A DNA stretch of 59,279 bases, counting the filler. It is 2 parts of 2 records of this genome, joined end to end, with 100 filler letters (N's around TTAATTAATTAA, not from the genome) between each part and the next. Parts side by side here need not be neighbours in the genome. Positions count along the whole stretch, not along the records: positions 27,509 to 59,279 come from DRR378314_2379; 1 more part is not named here. One strand, written 5' to 3'. Shown one piece after another: positions 40,423 to 49,877 of this stretch; position 1 is the first letter of the stretch, and each line of letters begins with the position of its first letter. The notes beneath the pieces are model-generated. The model did not search any database. It worked only from the letters and a program-made list of their open reading frames with translations, and was not told the DNA's origin. The translations under genes were made by a program, and so were the position numbers.

Positions 40423-41985
40423 GTGGCCGCGTTTGATCATGTGATAATCGGGTCGGGCATCAATGCCCTGGTGGCCGCCGCGTTGCTGTCGCGCAAAGGC
40501 GATAGCGTCTTGGTGGTTGAACGCGAGGACCGCATTGGCGGTTGTATGTACACCTCGGATGCGGTGACGTGTCCGGGGTTTCATCACGATGTGATGGCCG
40601 CAACCTTTGTTTTGTTCCTGACCAGCCCGGCCTATGCGGCGCTGGCCGAGGATCTGGGTAAACATGGGTTGGCGTTTTGTCATAGCCCGCATCCCACTGC
40701 CGTTTTACGCCCCGGCGGGTCTGCCCTTGTTCTGGGCATGGACCGTGCGGCGAATATCGCAGCCTTTAATACGAGCGGGGCAGGGGACGGTGATCAGCAC
40801 GGTCGCGATGTCGGCGCGATTGAGGCAGATGCGGAATTTCTGTTTGCGCTGCTAGGCCAGCCCCTGTGGTCACGCCAGACGATGACCCTTTTGGCGAAAC
40901 AGGCGTGGAAAAAGGGGCTTGGCCCGTTGAAAGCATGGTTTGGCGAAGCGATGGAACCCTCGCGCGGCTGGCTTGAAACGCGCTATGGCTCAGCGGATGT
41001 TCAGGCGCTTTGGGCGGCATGGGTGCTGCATGTCGGGCTGACACCAGAGGCGACCTATGGTGGACAAATGTCGCGGGTCATTGCCTTTGCTTTGGAGGCG
41101 GCAGGCGCACCTGTGGTCAAAGGCGGGGCAGGGCAGGCGGCTGCGGCATTCCGGTCGTTGATTGAGGCCAACGGCGGCATTCTGCGCACAGGTGTCGAAG
41201 CAACCAAGATCATCGTGGAAAACGGAAAAGCCGTCGGAATAGAGACTGCACAGGCGGAAAGGATTCTGGCAAGGAACGTGATTGCCAGTACTGCGCCGGG
41301 GCAGCTTTATGAGGGTTTGCTCGCTGGCGGGTCGTCGCCGGAAACCGCCAAGAAATACCGCCATGGGCGGGGGAATTTCCAATTGCATTACGCGTTGGAC
41401 GGGCCGGTTGAATGGGAGGCTGCAGGGCTGGAAGATGTGGCCCTGATTCATCTGACCGATGGCATCGATGCAGTGTCGAAATCCAGCAATGAGGCAGAGC
41501 GCGGGATGTTGCCTGTGGTGCCGACGATATGCGTGGGGCAGCCGGACCGGCTTGACCCCAGCCGCTGCCCCGAGGGTAAGGCGATCCTTTGGCTACAGAT
41601 CCCTGATGCGCCGACTGTGATTAAAGGCGATGCCGCAGGCGAGATCGAGACAGTGCCGGCGTGGAGTGAAGCGATGCGCGAGACATTTGCCGACCGGATT
41701 GAGGGTGTCCTGTCCAAACACATCAAGAACTGGGACAAGATCAAACTTGCCCGGCGGGCCTATTCGCCGCGCGATCTGGAACAGATGAATGTGAATCTGG
41801 TGGGAGGTGACCCCTACGGCGGTGCCTGTACTTTGGATCAGTTTTTTGTCTGGCGCCCGGTTGCCGGTCAGGTCAATAACGGTACGCCGGTCAAGAACCT
41901 CTATCATATAGGAGCTTCGACGCACCCGGGGCCGGGGTTGGGCGGCGGTTCGGGGCTTAACGTTGCAAAAGGACTGGGTGGATGA
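40423..41985 (+). CDS. Phytoene-desaturase-like FAD oxidoreductase B
   Basis: IIGSGINAL, NVNLVGGDPYGG, IGASTHPGPGLGG; paralogous to 37948-39516. Confidence 0.85.
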   Translation: MAAFDHVIIGSGINALVAAALLSRKGDSVLVVEREDRIGGCMYTSDAVTCPGFHHDVMAATFVLFLTSPAYAALAEDLGKHGLAFCHSPHPTAVLRPGGSALVLGMDRAANIAAFNTSGAGDGDQHGRDVGAIEADAEFLFALLGQPLWSRQTMTLLAKQAWKKGLGPLKAWFGEAMEPSRGWLETRYGSADVQALWAAWVLHVGLTPEATYGGQMSRVIAFALEAAGAPVVKGGAGQAAAAFRSLIEANGGILRTGVEATKIIVENGKAVGIETAQAERILARNVIASTAPGQLYEGLLAGGSSPETAKKYRHGRGNFQLHYALDGPVEWEAAGLEDVALIHLTDGIDAVSKSSNEAERGMLPVVPTICVGQPDRLDPSRCPEGKAILWLQIPDAPTVIKGDAAGEIETVPAWSEAMRETFADRIEGVLSKHIKNWDKIKLARRAYSPRDLEQMNVNLVGGDPYGGACTLDQFFVWRPVAGQVNNGTPVKNLYHIGASTHPGPGLGGGSGLNVAKGLGG

Positions 41986-42461
41986 GCAAACCCCTTAGCA
42001 CAGGCACGGCCACACCGGACCTTGCCGAAATCGGACTTGAGAATTTTGCGCCCTATCTGATGAACCGGATCATGGGGCGGTATAACGCATCGATGTCCAG
42101 CGAAATGGCAGAGCAGGGTTTGACCACACCGCAGATGCGTTCGCTTGCGGTTTTGTCGGTGATCGACGGTATTCTGATCCGTGAACTGGCGGTGTATGCG
42201 GTTGTACAGCAATCGACCCTAAGCCGCGCATTAGACACGCTGGATCTGAACGGATTGATCCGGCGCGAGACCGATCAGCACGACAGCCGCGCAACGCGGG
42301 TGTTTATTACCGATGCCGGACGCGAAGTTAATGGGCGGCTTTGGCCGCATATGTCTGCGTCTTATGACGCGATGTTCAAAGGCATTGATGACGCAGAAAA
42401 ACGCGCCTTTGTCAGCACGTTGCAAACCATGCTGCGCAACATCCGCCAGCACGATTTCTAA
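41982..42461 (+). CDS. MarR family regulator
   Basis: QSTLSRALD..LIRR...DSR winged helix. Confidence 0.9.
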   Translation: MSKPLSTGTATPDLAEIGLENFAPYLMNRIMGRYNASMSSEMAEQGLTTPQMRSLAVLSVIDGILIRELAVYAVVQQSTLSRALDTLDLNGLIRRETDQHDSRATRVFITDAGREVNGRLWPHMSASYDAMFKGIDDAEKRAFVSTLQTMLRNIRQHDF

Positions 42462-42470
42462 GGAGCGAAA

Positions 42471-44621
42471 ATGGCTGAACGTTCATTCAAGGCCGAGGTG
42501 GAACACCTGCGCAAAGGCGACGGCGACGTCTTTACCGGCGAGGGGATTCTGGCGATCACCAAGGCATTGTTGGAAAACGGTGTGGGCTATGTTGGCGGCT
42601 ATCAGGGCGCGCCGATTTCGCATTTGATGGATGTTCTGGCCGATGCCGAAGAGCTGATGGGTGAGTTGGGTGTGCGGTTCGAGGCCAATGCTTCGGAAGC
42701 CGCGGCTGCGGCGATGCTGGCGGCATCTGTGCATTATCCGATCCGCGGCGCGGTGACGTTCAAGGGGCCGGTTGGGGTAAACGTGGCCTCTGATGCCTTG
42801 GCAAACCTGTGTTCCAGTGGGGTGAACGGCGGTGCATTGGTGATTGTCGGTGAGGACTATGGTGAAGGGTCCTCGATCATGCAGGAACGCAGCCACGGAT
42901 TTGCAATGAAATCGCAGTTCTGGATGCTGGACCCGCGCCCGAATCTGCCTTCGATCACCAAGGCGGTGAAAGACGGATTTGAGTTGAGCGAGGCCAGCAA
43001 TACGCCGGTGATGTTGATGGTGCGGATCAGATCCTGCCATGTGACGGGCAGTTTCGCGACCCGCGATAATGTGCCGCCGCCGCTGACGGTCAAAGATGCC
43101 ATCGCCAACCCGCAGTCCGATTTCAACCGGGTGGTGCTGCCGCCGATGTCCTACGTGCATGAGCAAGATAAGATCAAAAACCGCTGGCCTGCCGCCGAGA
43201 AATTCATCGTTGAAAACAAGTTGAACGAGGTGTTCGGGCCAGAAAAGGCCAAGCTCGGCATCGTCGTGCAGGGCGGTATGTATAATGGTTTGATCCGCGC
43301 CTTGCAGCGGCTTGGGCTGGCGGATGTTTTTGGCAATACCGAGGTGCCGATTTACTGTCTGAACGTCACGTACCCTATTGTTAGAGACGAGTTTGATGCT
43401 TTTTGCGACGGCAAGGATCACGTGATGATTGTCGAGGAAGGGCAGCCAGATCACATCGAACAACAGTTGGGGTCATACCTTTATAAAGCGGGTCGGCGGC
43501 TGAAGCTTTACGGCAAGGATGTTTTGCCAATGGCGGGGGAATATACCGGTCAGGTGATGCTGGATGGGGTGACGGCGTTTTTGAAATCTGCGGCACCCGA
43601 TATGTTGCCCGGTCAGGTCCGCGCCCCGAATGTAGAGGCACCGGCGATCCCGGACCTGAGCAAAACTGTGCCAATCCGCCCACCGGGGTTTTGCACCGGC
43701 TGTCCCGAACGGCCGATTTTCGCGGGGATGAAACTGGTCGAACAGGAGTTGGGCAAACATCAGATCACCGGTGACATCGGGTGCCATTTGTTCGGCTCAT
43801 TGCCGCCGTTTGAAATTGGCGGCGCAACCATGGGATACGGGCTTGGCCCGGCGGCGAATGCGGCCTTTGACGGGGGCGGTGAGCGCCGTGCGATTTCGAT
43901 GTTGGGCGATGGTGGGTTCTGGCACAACGGGCTGAGCTCCTCGATCGGGAACATGGTGTTCAACAAATCCGACAATGTGGTGGTGATCGTCGATAATTAT
44001 TATTCCGCTGCAACGGGCGGACAGGATGTTCTGTCGAGCCGTGCGCAGAATGACACCAAATCCACCGGCAATCCGATCAAGGAAGCGTTGAAAGGTGTTG
44101 GCGTCGAATGGATTCGCCAGATTGATCACACTTATGATGTGGGCCATGTGCGCGATACGGTGCGCGAGGCGCTGACGACGGATTTCAAAGGGCCGAAGGT
44201 GATTGTCGCCTCTTCCGAATGTATGCTGAACAAGCAACGGCGCGAGAAACCCATTCGCAATAAGGCGATCAAGGAAGGGCGGCGCGTGGATGTGCCACGC
44301 TTTGGTGTGGACAGTGATGTCTGCACCGGGGATCACGCCTGTATCCGGCTGTCGGGCTGTCCGTCCTTATCGTTAAAGCGTCTGGATGATCCGCTGCGCG
44401 ATGATCCGATTGCGCATATTGATCAGACCTGTGTCGGCTGCGGCAACTGCGGCGAAGTTGCGGATGTGGCGGTTTTGTGCCCGTCGTTTTACCGTGCGGA
44501 TGTGGTCCATAATCCCAGCGGGTTTGAGACATGGCGCGCTGGCTTGCGCAGCAAGATCATCGGTTGGCTGCAAACCCGCCGTGATGGCAAACGCCTGCGG
44601 TTGGAAGGGGTGATGCAATGA
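42471..44621 (+). CDS. iorA: Indolepyruvate:ferredoxin oxidoreductase alpha-like (TPP, Fe-S)
   Basis: GYQGAP, RPPGFCTGCPER, GDIGC, GDGGFWHNG TPP motif, CVGCGNC ferredoxin. Confidence 0.88.
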   Translation: MAERSFKAEVEHLRKGDGDVFTGEGILAITKALLENGVGYVGGYQGAPISHLMDVLADAEELMGELGVRFEANASEAAAAAMLAASVHYPIRGAVTFKGPVGVNVASDALANLCSSGVNGGALVIVGEDYGEGSSIMQERSHGFAMKSQFWMLDPRPNLPSITKAVKDGFELSEASNTPVMLMVRIRSCHVTGSFATRDNVPPPLTVKDAIANPQSDFNRVVLPPMSYVHEQDKIKNRWPAAEKFIVENKLNEVFGPEKAKLGIVVQGGMYNGLIRALQRLGLADVFGNTEVPIYCLNVTYPIVRDEFDAFCDGKDHVMIVEEGQPDHIEQQLGSYLYKAGRRLKLYGKDVLPMAGEYTGQVMLDGVTAFLKSAAPDMLPGQVRAPNVEAPAIPDLSKTVPIRPPGFCTGCPERPIFAGMKLVEQELGKHQITGDIGCHLFGSLPPFEIGGATMGYGLGPAANAAFDGGGERRAISMLGDGGFWHNGLSSSIGNMVFNKSDNVVVIVDNYYSAATGGQDVLSSRAQNDTKSTGNPIKEALKGVGVEWIRQIDHTYDVGHVRDTVREALTTDFKGPKVIVASSECMLNKQRREKPIRNKAIKEGRRVDVPRFGVDSDVCTGDHACIRLSGCPSLSLKRLDDPLRDDPIAHIDQTCVGCGNCGEVADVAVLCPSFYRADVVHNPSGFETWRAGLRSKIIGWLQTRRDGKRLRLEGVMQ

Positions 44622-46153
44622 ATATGGTCTTGCCACAAAAGGCCCCCGATGCGCGCACGGGCCAGATCATAAAACTGGTGATCATGGCCGTGGGCGGGCA
44701 GGGCGGTGGGGTGCTGACCAGCTGGATCGAAGCGGTGGCACGTGCCCAAGGATATACCTGTCAGGCGACCAGTGTGGCGGGGGTGTCGCAACGCACCGGC
44801 GCCACGGTCTATTACGTCGAGATGATGGCGGCGGCGGATCAGGAACCGGTTTACGCGCTGGCCCCGTCGGCGGGGGATGTTGATATCCTGATCGCCTCTG
44901 AAATGATGGAAGTGGGCCGTTCGATCATGCGCGGATTTGTGACGCCGGACCGCACGGTACTGATCGGGTCAACCCATCGGGCCTTGGCCGTGTCGGAAAA
45001 GATGGCACCGGGGGATGGCATCGCTGATGCGGATGAGGTGATCGCAGCGGCAGAGGTTGCGGCGCAACAGCTCATCCTTGCCGATATGGACCATCTGGCG
45101 GTGGCGCAAGGGTCGGTCATTTCCTCCAGCCTGTTTGGTGCGCTTGCGGGGTCCGGTGCGCTGCCGTTTCCGCGAGAGGCGTTTGAAGAGGCGATCCGGG
45201 CCAGTGGCAAGGGCGTAGATGCCTCTTTACGGGCGTTTGCCGCCGGATTTGATGTGGCTCTAAATGGTGTTTCAGAGACAGAGATTGAAGCCAAAGCCAG
45301 CGCCCCTGTCCTTCGGGGGCCGACAGAGGAATTGGCGGTCTGGCAAGGTTTGACAGCACGGGTTGATGCCTTGCCCGCGCCGGTACAGGACATGGCCCTG
45401 GCCGGATTGACCAAAGTTGTCGATTTTCAGGATTGCACCTATGGGGCCAGCTATCTTGACCGGCTGGCCACGGTAATTGCCCGTGACAGTGCAGAGCAAG
45501 ATTGGACGCTGAGCGCCACAGCGGCGAAATATATCGCCAATGCCATGGCCTATGACGACATTATTCGGGTGGCTGACCTGAAATCGCGCGCCCCGCGTCT
45601 GAGCCGCATTCGGCAGGAAATGGGTGCCAAGGAGGCCAATCTGGTTGAGCTGACGGAGTTCTTTCATCCCCGTGCAGAGGAAGTGGCCAGCCTGATGCCG
45701 GCGCGTATGGGCGCGAAATGGGAAGCGAATCCAAAACGTATGGCGCTGCTGGGCCGGTTGTTTGGCAAAGGGCGGCGGTTGCGCACCCATACGCTGCGCG
45801 CGTTTTTGATGTTGCATGTTCTGGGTGGGCTGAAGGGCTATCGGTTGAAGACCCGGCGGCATCAGGTTGAGGTGGCGCATCTGGATGGTTGGCTGAATGA
45901 TTGCATGGACATGGTGGCGCGGGATTATGCGCTGGCGGTAGAGCTGTTGAAAAACCGGCGGTTGGTCAAAGGTTACTCCGACACCCATGCACGAGGCTTG
46001 AGTAAATTCGGCAGTGTCATGGGGGCGGCGCAGTTGTTGCAGGGCAGAGAAGATGCGGCAGCCTGGATGAACCGGCTGCGCGAAGCGGCGCTGCAAGACC
46101 CGGACGGCAAAGCGCTGGATGGCGCTTTGCGCACGGTACGTAGTTTTGTCTGA
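44618..46153 (+). CDS. iorB: Indolepyruvate oxidoreductase beta-like, long form with C-terminal extension
   Basis: AVGGQGGGV, GVSQRTGAT, MAYDD.IRVADLK, LVKGYSDT. Confidence 0.82.
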   Translation: MNMVLPQKAPDARTGQIIKLVIMAVGGQGGGVLTSWIEAVARAQGYTCQATSVAGVSQRTGATVYYVEMMAAADQEPVYALAPSAGDVDILIASEMMEVGRSIMRGFVTPDRTVLIGSTHRALAVSEKMAPGDGIADADEVIAAAEVAAQQLILADMDHLAVAQGSVISSSLFGALAGSGALPFPREAFEEAIRASGKGVDASLRAFAAGFDVALNGVSETEIEAKASAPVLRGPTEELAVWQGLTARVDALPAPVQDMALAGLTKVVDFQDCTYGASYLDRLATVIARDSAEQDWTLSATAAKYIANAMAYDDIIRVADLKSRAPRLSRIRQEMGAKEANLVELTEFFHPRAEEVASLMPARMGAKWEANPKRMALLGRLFGKGRRLRTHTLRAFLMLHVLGGLKGYRLKTRRHQVEVAHLDGWLNDCMDMVARDYALAVELLKNRRLVKGYSDTHARGLSKFGSVMGAAQLLQGREDAAAWMNRLREAALQDPDGKALDGALRTVRSFV

Positions 46154-46198
46154 AGCACTGCTGTAACGGGCAGGCAAATGTTGTAAGTGGTCGCTGAT

Positions 46199-46921
46199 AT
46201 GAGCGATTCACCTGCACACACGGATAGAAAAACCGCGATTTTGATTGTCGCTGCCGGGCGTGGCCGCCGGTTTGGTGCGGACACGCCGAAACAATATCTG
46301 CCGGTTGCTGGTATTTGCGCGCTGCGCCGATGTCTGGATACGTTTCTGGATTTGTCAGAGGTTGCCCATGTCCAGACGGTGATCCACCCGGATGATCGGA
46401 TGCTTTATGCGCAGGCCTTGCGAGGGGTAACGGACAGCCGACTTTTGCCTGCGGCTTTTGGCGGGGAGACACGGGTGCAATCGGTGATGAACGGGTTGCA
46501 GGCCTTGGCCGGTCACACCCCGGATTATGTGCTGGTACATGACGCGGCGCGGGCCTTTGTAACACCGCGCATCGTGCGCGACGTGATCGGGGCACTTGCG
46601 ACGTCTGATGCGGCTTTTGCCGCCCTGCCAGTGGTGGACGCCCTGTGGCGGGCAGAGGGTGGTGTCGCGAAAACGCCGGTGGCGCGGGACGGTCTGTGGC
46701 GGGCACAGACTCCGCAAGGATTTCACTTTGAAGTCTTGCAACAGGCGCATCTCGCTTATTATGGTGATGCAGCAGATGATGTCGAAATCGTGCGCGCGAT
46801 GGGGACAGAGGTGGGAATTGTGCGCGGGGATACCGCGAATTTCAAAATCACCACACCGGATGATCTGTTGCGTGCAGAGCAATTTGTGTCGGGCCGCGAC
46901 ACAGATCGGGCAGATCGATAA
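46199..46921 (+). CDS. ispD: 2-C-methyl-D-erythritol 4-phosphate cytidylyltransferase (stand-alone)
   Basis: IVAAGRGRRFG..PKQY, GGETRVQSV, VLVHDAAR, AQTPQGF, NFKITTPDDL. Confidence 0.92.
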   Translation: MSDSPAHTDRKTAILIVAAGRGRRFGADTPKQYLPVAGICALRRCLDTFLDLSEVAHVQTVIHPDDRMLYAQALRGVTDSRLLPAAFGGETRVQSVMNGLQALAGHTPDYVLVHDAARAFVTPRIVRDVIGALATSDAAFAALPVVDALWRAEGGVAKTPVARDGLWRAQTPQGFHFEVLQQAHLAYYGDAADDVEIVRAMGTEVGIVRGDTANFKITTPDDLLRAEQFVSGRDTDRADR

Positions 46922-47016
46922 AAAATCTGTGGCCCGACAGTCGGTGTCGTGCAAGACTGTCTTTGATTTTAGCATAACCGTCCTTGCCCGGATTTTCGAG
47001 CATATAGGAGAAGACA

Positions 47017-48090
47017 ATGATTTATTTGAGTAGTTTCCGCGCTGTCGTTCACGCCTTTTTGCTGGCCACCGCCGTATTGTTTATGGCGATTGGCCAGAGC
47101 GCAGAGGCGCAGCAAAATCCCTTTGCCGGCGGCTGGACCCTGCAATCCGAGATGTCCGCCCTGAATTTTCAGTCGGTGAAGAAACAGACGGTGGTGGAAT
47201 CCAGCAGCTTTGCCACGCTGGAGGGCACCATCGCACCGGATGGTGCGACCGAGGTGCGGGTATTGCTTGATTCCGTTGATACCAAAATTGATCTGCGCAA
47301 TGTGCGCATGCGGTTTTTGTTTTTTGAAACCTTCAAATTCCCCAGTGCCACGATCACCACCCAGATTGATGCGGCGGTGTTAAGTGACCTTGCGCAGGTT
47401 CGGCGCAAAACTGTGCCGGTAAGCTATACGATGGACCTGCATGGGATCAGCAAGACATTTGATGCAGAGGTTGCCGTGACTCTGTTGAACGAGGATCTTG
47501 TATCGGTGGCCAGCACCACGCCGATTTCGGTCAGTGTGGATGAGTTCAACCTGACCGAGGGGTTGGGTAAATTGCAGGATGCGGCGAATGTGACGATTGT
47601 GCCCTCTGCCACGATTTCATTTGATTTTGTTTTTGCGCGCAACGGTACAACGGCGGATGCCGCACCGGCGGCAACAGAAAAACCGGAATCAGTGGCGCTT
47701 GAGGTTGAGGGTGATTTTGACCGCGAGGCCTGCAAGGGTCGGTTTGAAATCCTGTCGCGGACCGGGAATATCTATTTTCCTTCTGGCAGTGCTCGCCATG
47801 ATGCCAAGAGCGAACCCCTGCTGAACAGCCTGGCCGGTATCATCGCCCGTTGTCCCAATATGGTTATCGAAGTCGGTGGCCATACGGATTCTGTTGGCAG
47901 CGATAGCAACAACCAGATCCTGTCGGAAAAACGGGCGGCCTCGGTCAAACGGTATCTGCAATCACGCGACCTTAACCCGGAGGTTTTGGTGAGCAAAGGA
48001 TACGGTGAAAGCAGTCCGATTGCGACAAACGATACCAGTGAGGGACGTTGGGCAAACCGGCGCATTGAATTCAAAGTGCTGAGTAACTGA
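47017..48090 (+). CDS. Exported YceI-OmpA fusion protein
   Basis: Signal peptide; YceI-like region (WTL, SVDTKIDLRNVRMR, FP.ATI, LHG); C-terminal OmpA domain GHTDSVG...LSEKRA...NRRIEF. Confidence 0.85.
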   Translation: MIYLSSFRAVVHAFLLATAVLFMAIGQSAEAQQNPFAGGWTLQSEMSALNFQSVKKQTVVESSSFATLEGTIAPDGATEVRVLLDSVDTKIDLRNVRMRFLFFETFKFPSATITTQIDAAVLSDLAQVRRKTVPVSYTMDLHGISKTFDAEVAVTLLNEDLVSVASTTPISVSVDEFNLTEGLGKLQDAANVTIVPSATISFDFVFARNGTTADAAPAATEKPESVALEVEGDFDREACKGRFEILSRTGNIYFPSGSARHDAKSEPLLNSLAGIIARCPNMVIEVGGHTDSVGSDSNNQILSEKRAASVKRYLQSRDLNPEVLVSKGYGESSPIATNDTSEGRWANRRIEFKVLSN

Positions 48091-48103
48091 TGACAAAAGG
48101 GCG

Positions 48104-49576
48104 TTGAACGTGAGAGTAACGATTGGCCGGATGGCCCTGTTGATTGCTGTGATGGTTTGGGGGATGGCCCAGAGTGTATTGGCGCAAACCGACGGACCGC
48201 GCATTGCACTGATCGTCGGCAATGGCGGCTATAGTTCGGTGACCCCATTGGACAATCCGGTGCCTGACGCTGAACTGATGGCCAGAACGCTTGAGGCGCG
48301 TGGTTTTGAGGTGACGGTGTTGTCGGATGCCAATCAGGTGACCATGAACCGCGCCATTGCCCAGTTTGGTCGCGATCTGCGCAAAGGTGGCAAGGAGGCG
48401 ACCGGCCTGTTTTACTACGCGGGCCATGCGGTGCAATCCTTTGGGTCGAACTTCCTATTGCCGACCGATGCCAGCCTTGGCAATGCGGCGGATCTGAGCC
48501 TTGTTGGTGTACCGGCACAGGCGGTGCTGCGTCAGATGTTTTCGGCCAAGAACAAGACCAATATCGTTATTCTGGATGCCTGCCGGAACAACCCGTTTGA
48601 TGCCATTCCAGAGCTGAACGACAATGGTCTGGCCGAGATGAAATCGCCCACCGGCACGTTTCTGGCGTATTCCACGGCTCCCGGCGCGGTGGCGTTGGAC
48701 GGCACGGGGGACAACAGCCCCTTTACCAAAGCGCTGGCAAACCAAATTCCGGTTGCCGGTGTGCCGATTGAGCAATTGTTCAAGAATGTCCGTGTCGAGG
48801 TGATTGCGCAGACCGATGGGCGGCAAACGCCTTGGGACAGCTCATCCTTGACCGGGGATTTCTTTTTCACTGCTGGCGTTGCGTTGAGCGAAGAAGAGCA
48901 GGCCGAGGAACAATTATGGGCATCGGTCAAGAACAGCACGGATCCGGTGCCGGTTGTCCTGTTTATGCGGGGCTATCCGAATAGCAAATACATTGATGAA
49001 GCACGGGATTTGCTGGATCGTATCGTCGATGCGGAACGCACCCCGGCAGAAGAACCTGTGGACACCACGGCAGAGCAACAGCGCCTGATTGGTCTGGCTC
49101 AAAGTTCGGGCGAGGCTGCGGATTACGAAGCCTATCTGTCGGCGTTCCCTGAAGGGATTTATGCCGAATTTGCTGCCTTTGAGTTGAAGATTCTGGCGGA
49201 AAAGGCGGAGCGCGAGACGGCAGAGCCATCGACAGACGACAGCGTTGTTGTGGCGTCCCGCGCGGCGGCGGTGCCAATGGGGCCGGAACTGACCTTTCAG
49301 ATGCCGTTCACCGGTGGTGACCCTGCGATCATCGGCAAAAGCATTGAGGAGCTGGTGACTCTTTCGCCACTTTTCGCCCCGATTGAAGGCTTGCCTGAGG
49401 AGCTGTGGAAGGAACAGAGTTGTTCAAATTGCCATCAGTGGACTAAGGACGCGCTGTGCACCCAAGGCACCACATATGTGAAGGCGGATAATGACAATGC
49501 TGTTTCGAAAAAGCATCCCTATGGCGGTGGTTTCAAACTGAACCTGCGGGCCTGGGCATCAGGTGGCTGTAAGTAG
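48104..49576 (+). CDS. Exported caspase-family (peptidase C14) protein with C-terminal CxxCH
   Basis: Signal peptide; RIALIVGN, YYAGHA (His, 48425), LDACRNNP (Cys, 48581); two helical repeats; CSNCH at 49421-49435. Confidence 0.85.
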   Translation: MNVRVTIGRMALLIAVMVWGMAQSVLAQTDGPRIALIVGNGGYSSVTPLDNPVPDAELMARTLEARGFEVTVLSDANQVTMNRAIAQFGRDLRKGGKEATGLFYYAGHAVQSFGSNFLLPTDASLGNAADLSLVGVPAQAVLRQMFSAKNKTNIVILDACRNNPFDAIPELNDNGLAEMKSPTGTFLAYSTAPGAVALDGTGDNSPFTKALANQIPVAGVPIEQLFKNVRVEVIAQTDGRQTPWDSSSLTGDFFFTAGVALSEEEQAEEQLWASVKNSTDPVPVVLFMRGYPNSKYIDEARDLLDRIVDAERTPAEEPVDTTAEQQRLIGLAQSSGEAADYEAYLSAFPEGIYAEFAAFELKILAEKAERETAEPSTDDSVVVASRAAAVPMGPELTFQMPFTGGDPAIIGKSIEELVTLSPLFAPIEGLPEELWKEQSCSNCHQWTKDALCTQGTTYVKADNDNAVSKKHPYGGGFKLNLRAWASGGCK

Positions 49577-49877
49577 CGGCAGCTGTTTCGTACTTTCCAT
49601 TATTTCCTAAGTGTTTGAGTGTGCCATCGTTTTGGCACCCTACCAACAGTTGTAGGTATGCGCTCAACTTCGCCAGTGTGGACCCACCAAGACCGCCGGC
49701 GGTCCCGCTTTAGCTATTGGTTTTATCGATATCGAGTTTTGCAGGTTCGGACTAGGAGAGCCGATCGATCGATATACGCTCATGGGCGTCGGGGACCGGG
49801 AGTTGGGTCCGACCGTGTGGGCGCAAGAACGACGTCAGCCTGCTGGTTTTGAAAACTACCCCGCGAAAGGGAAGAAT

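Noticed and set aside
37948-41985. Carotenoid biosynthesis genes (crtI)
   Set aside because: No crtB/crtE/crtY nearby; the context is import and catabolism.
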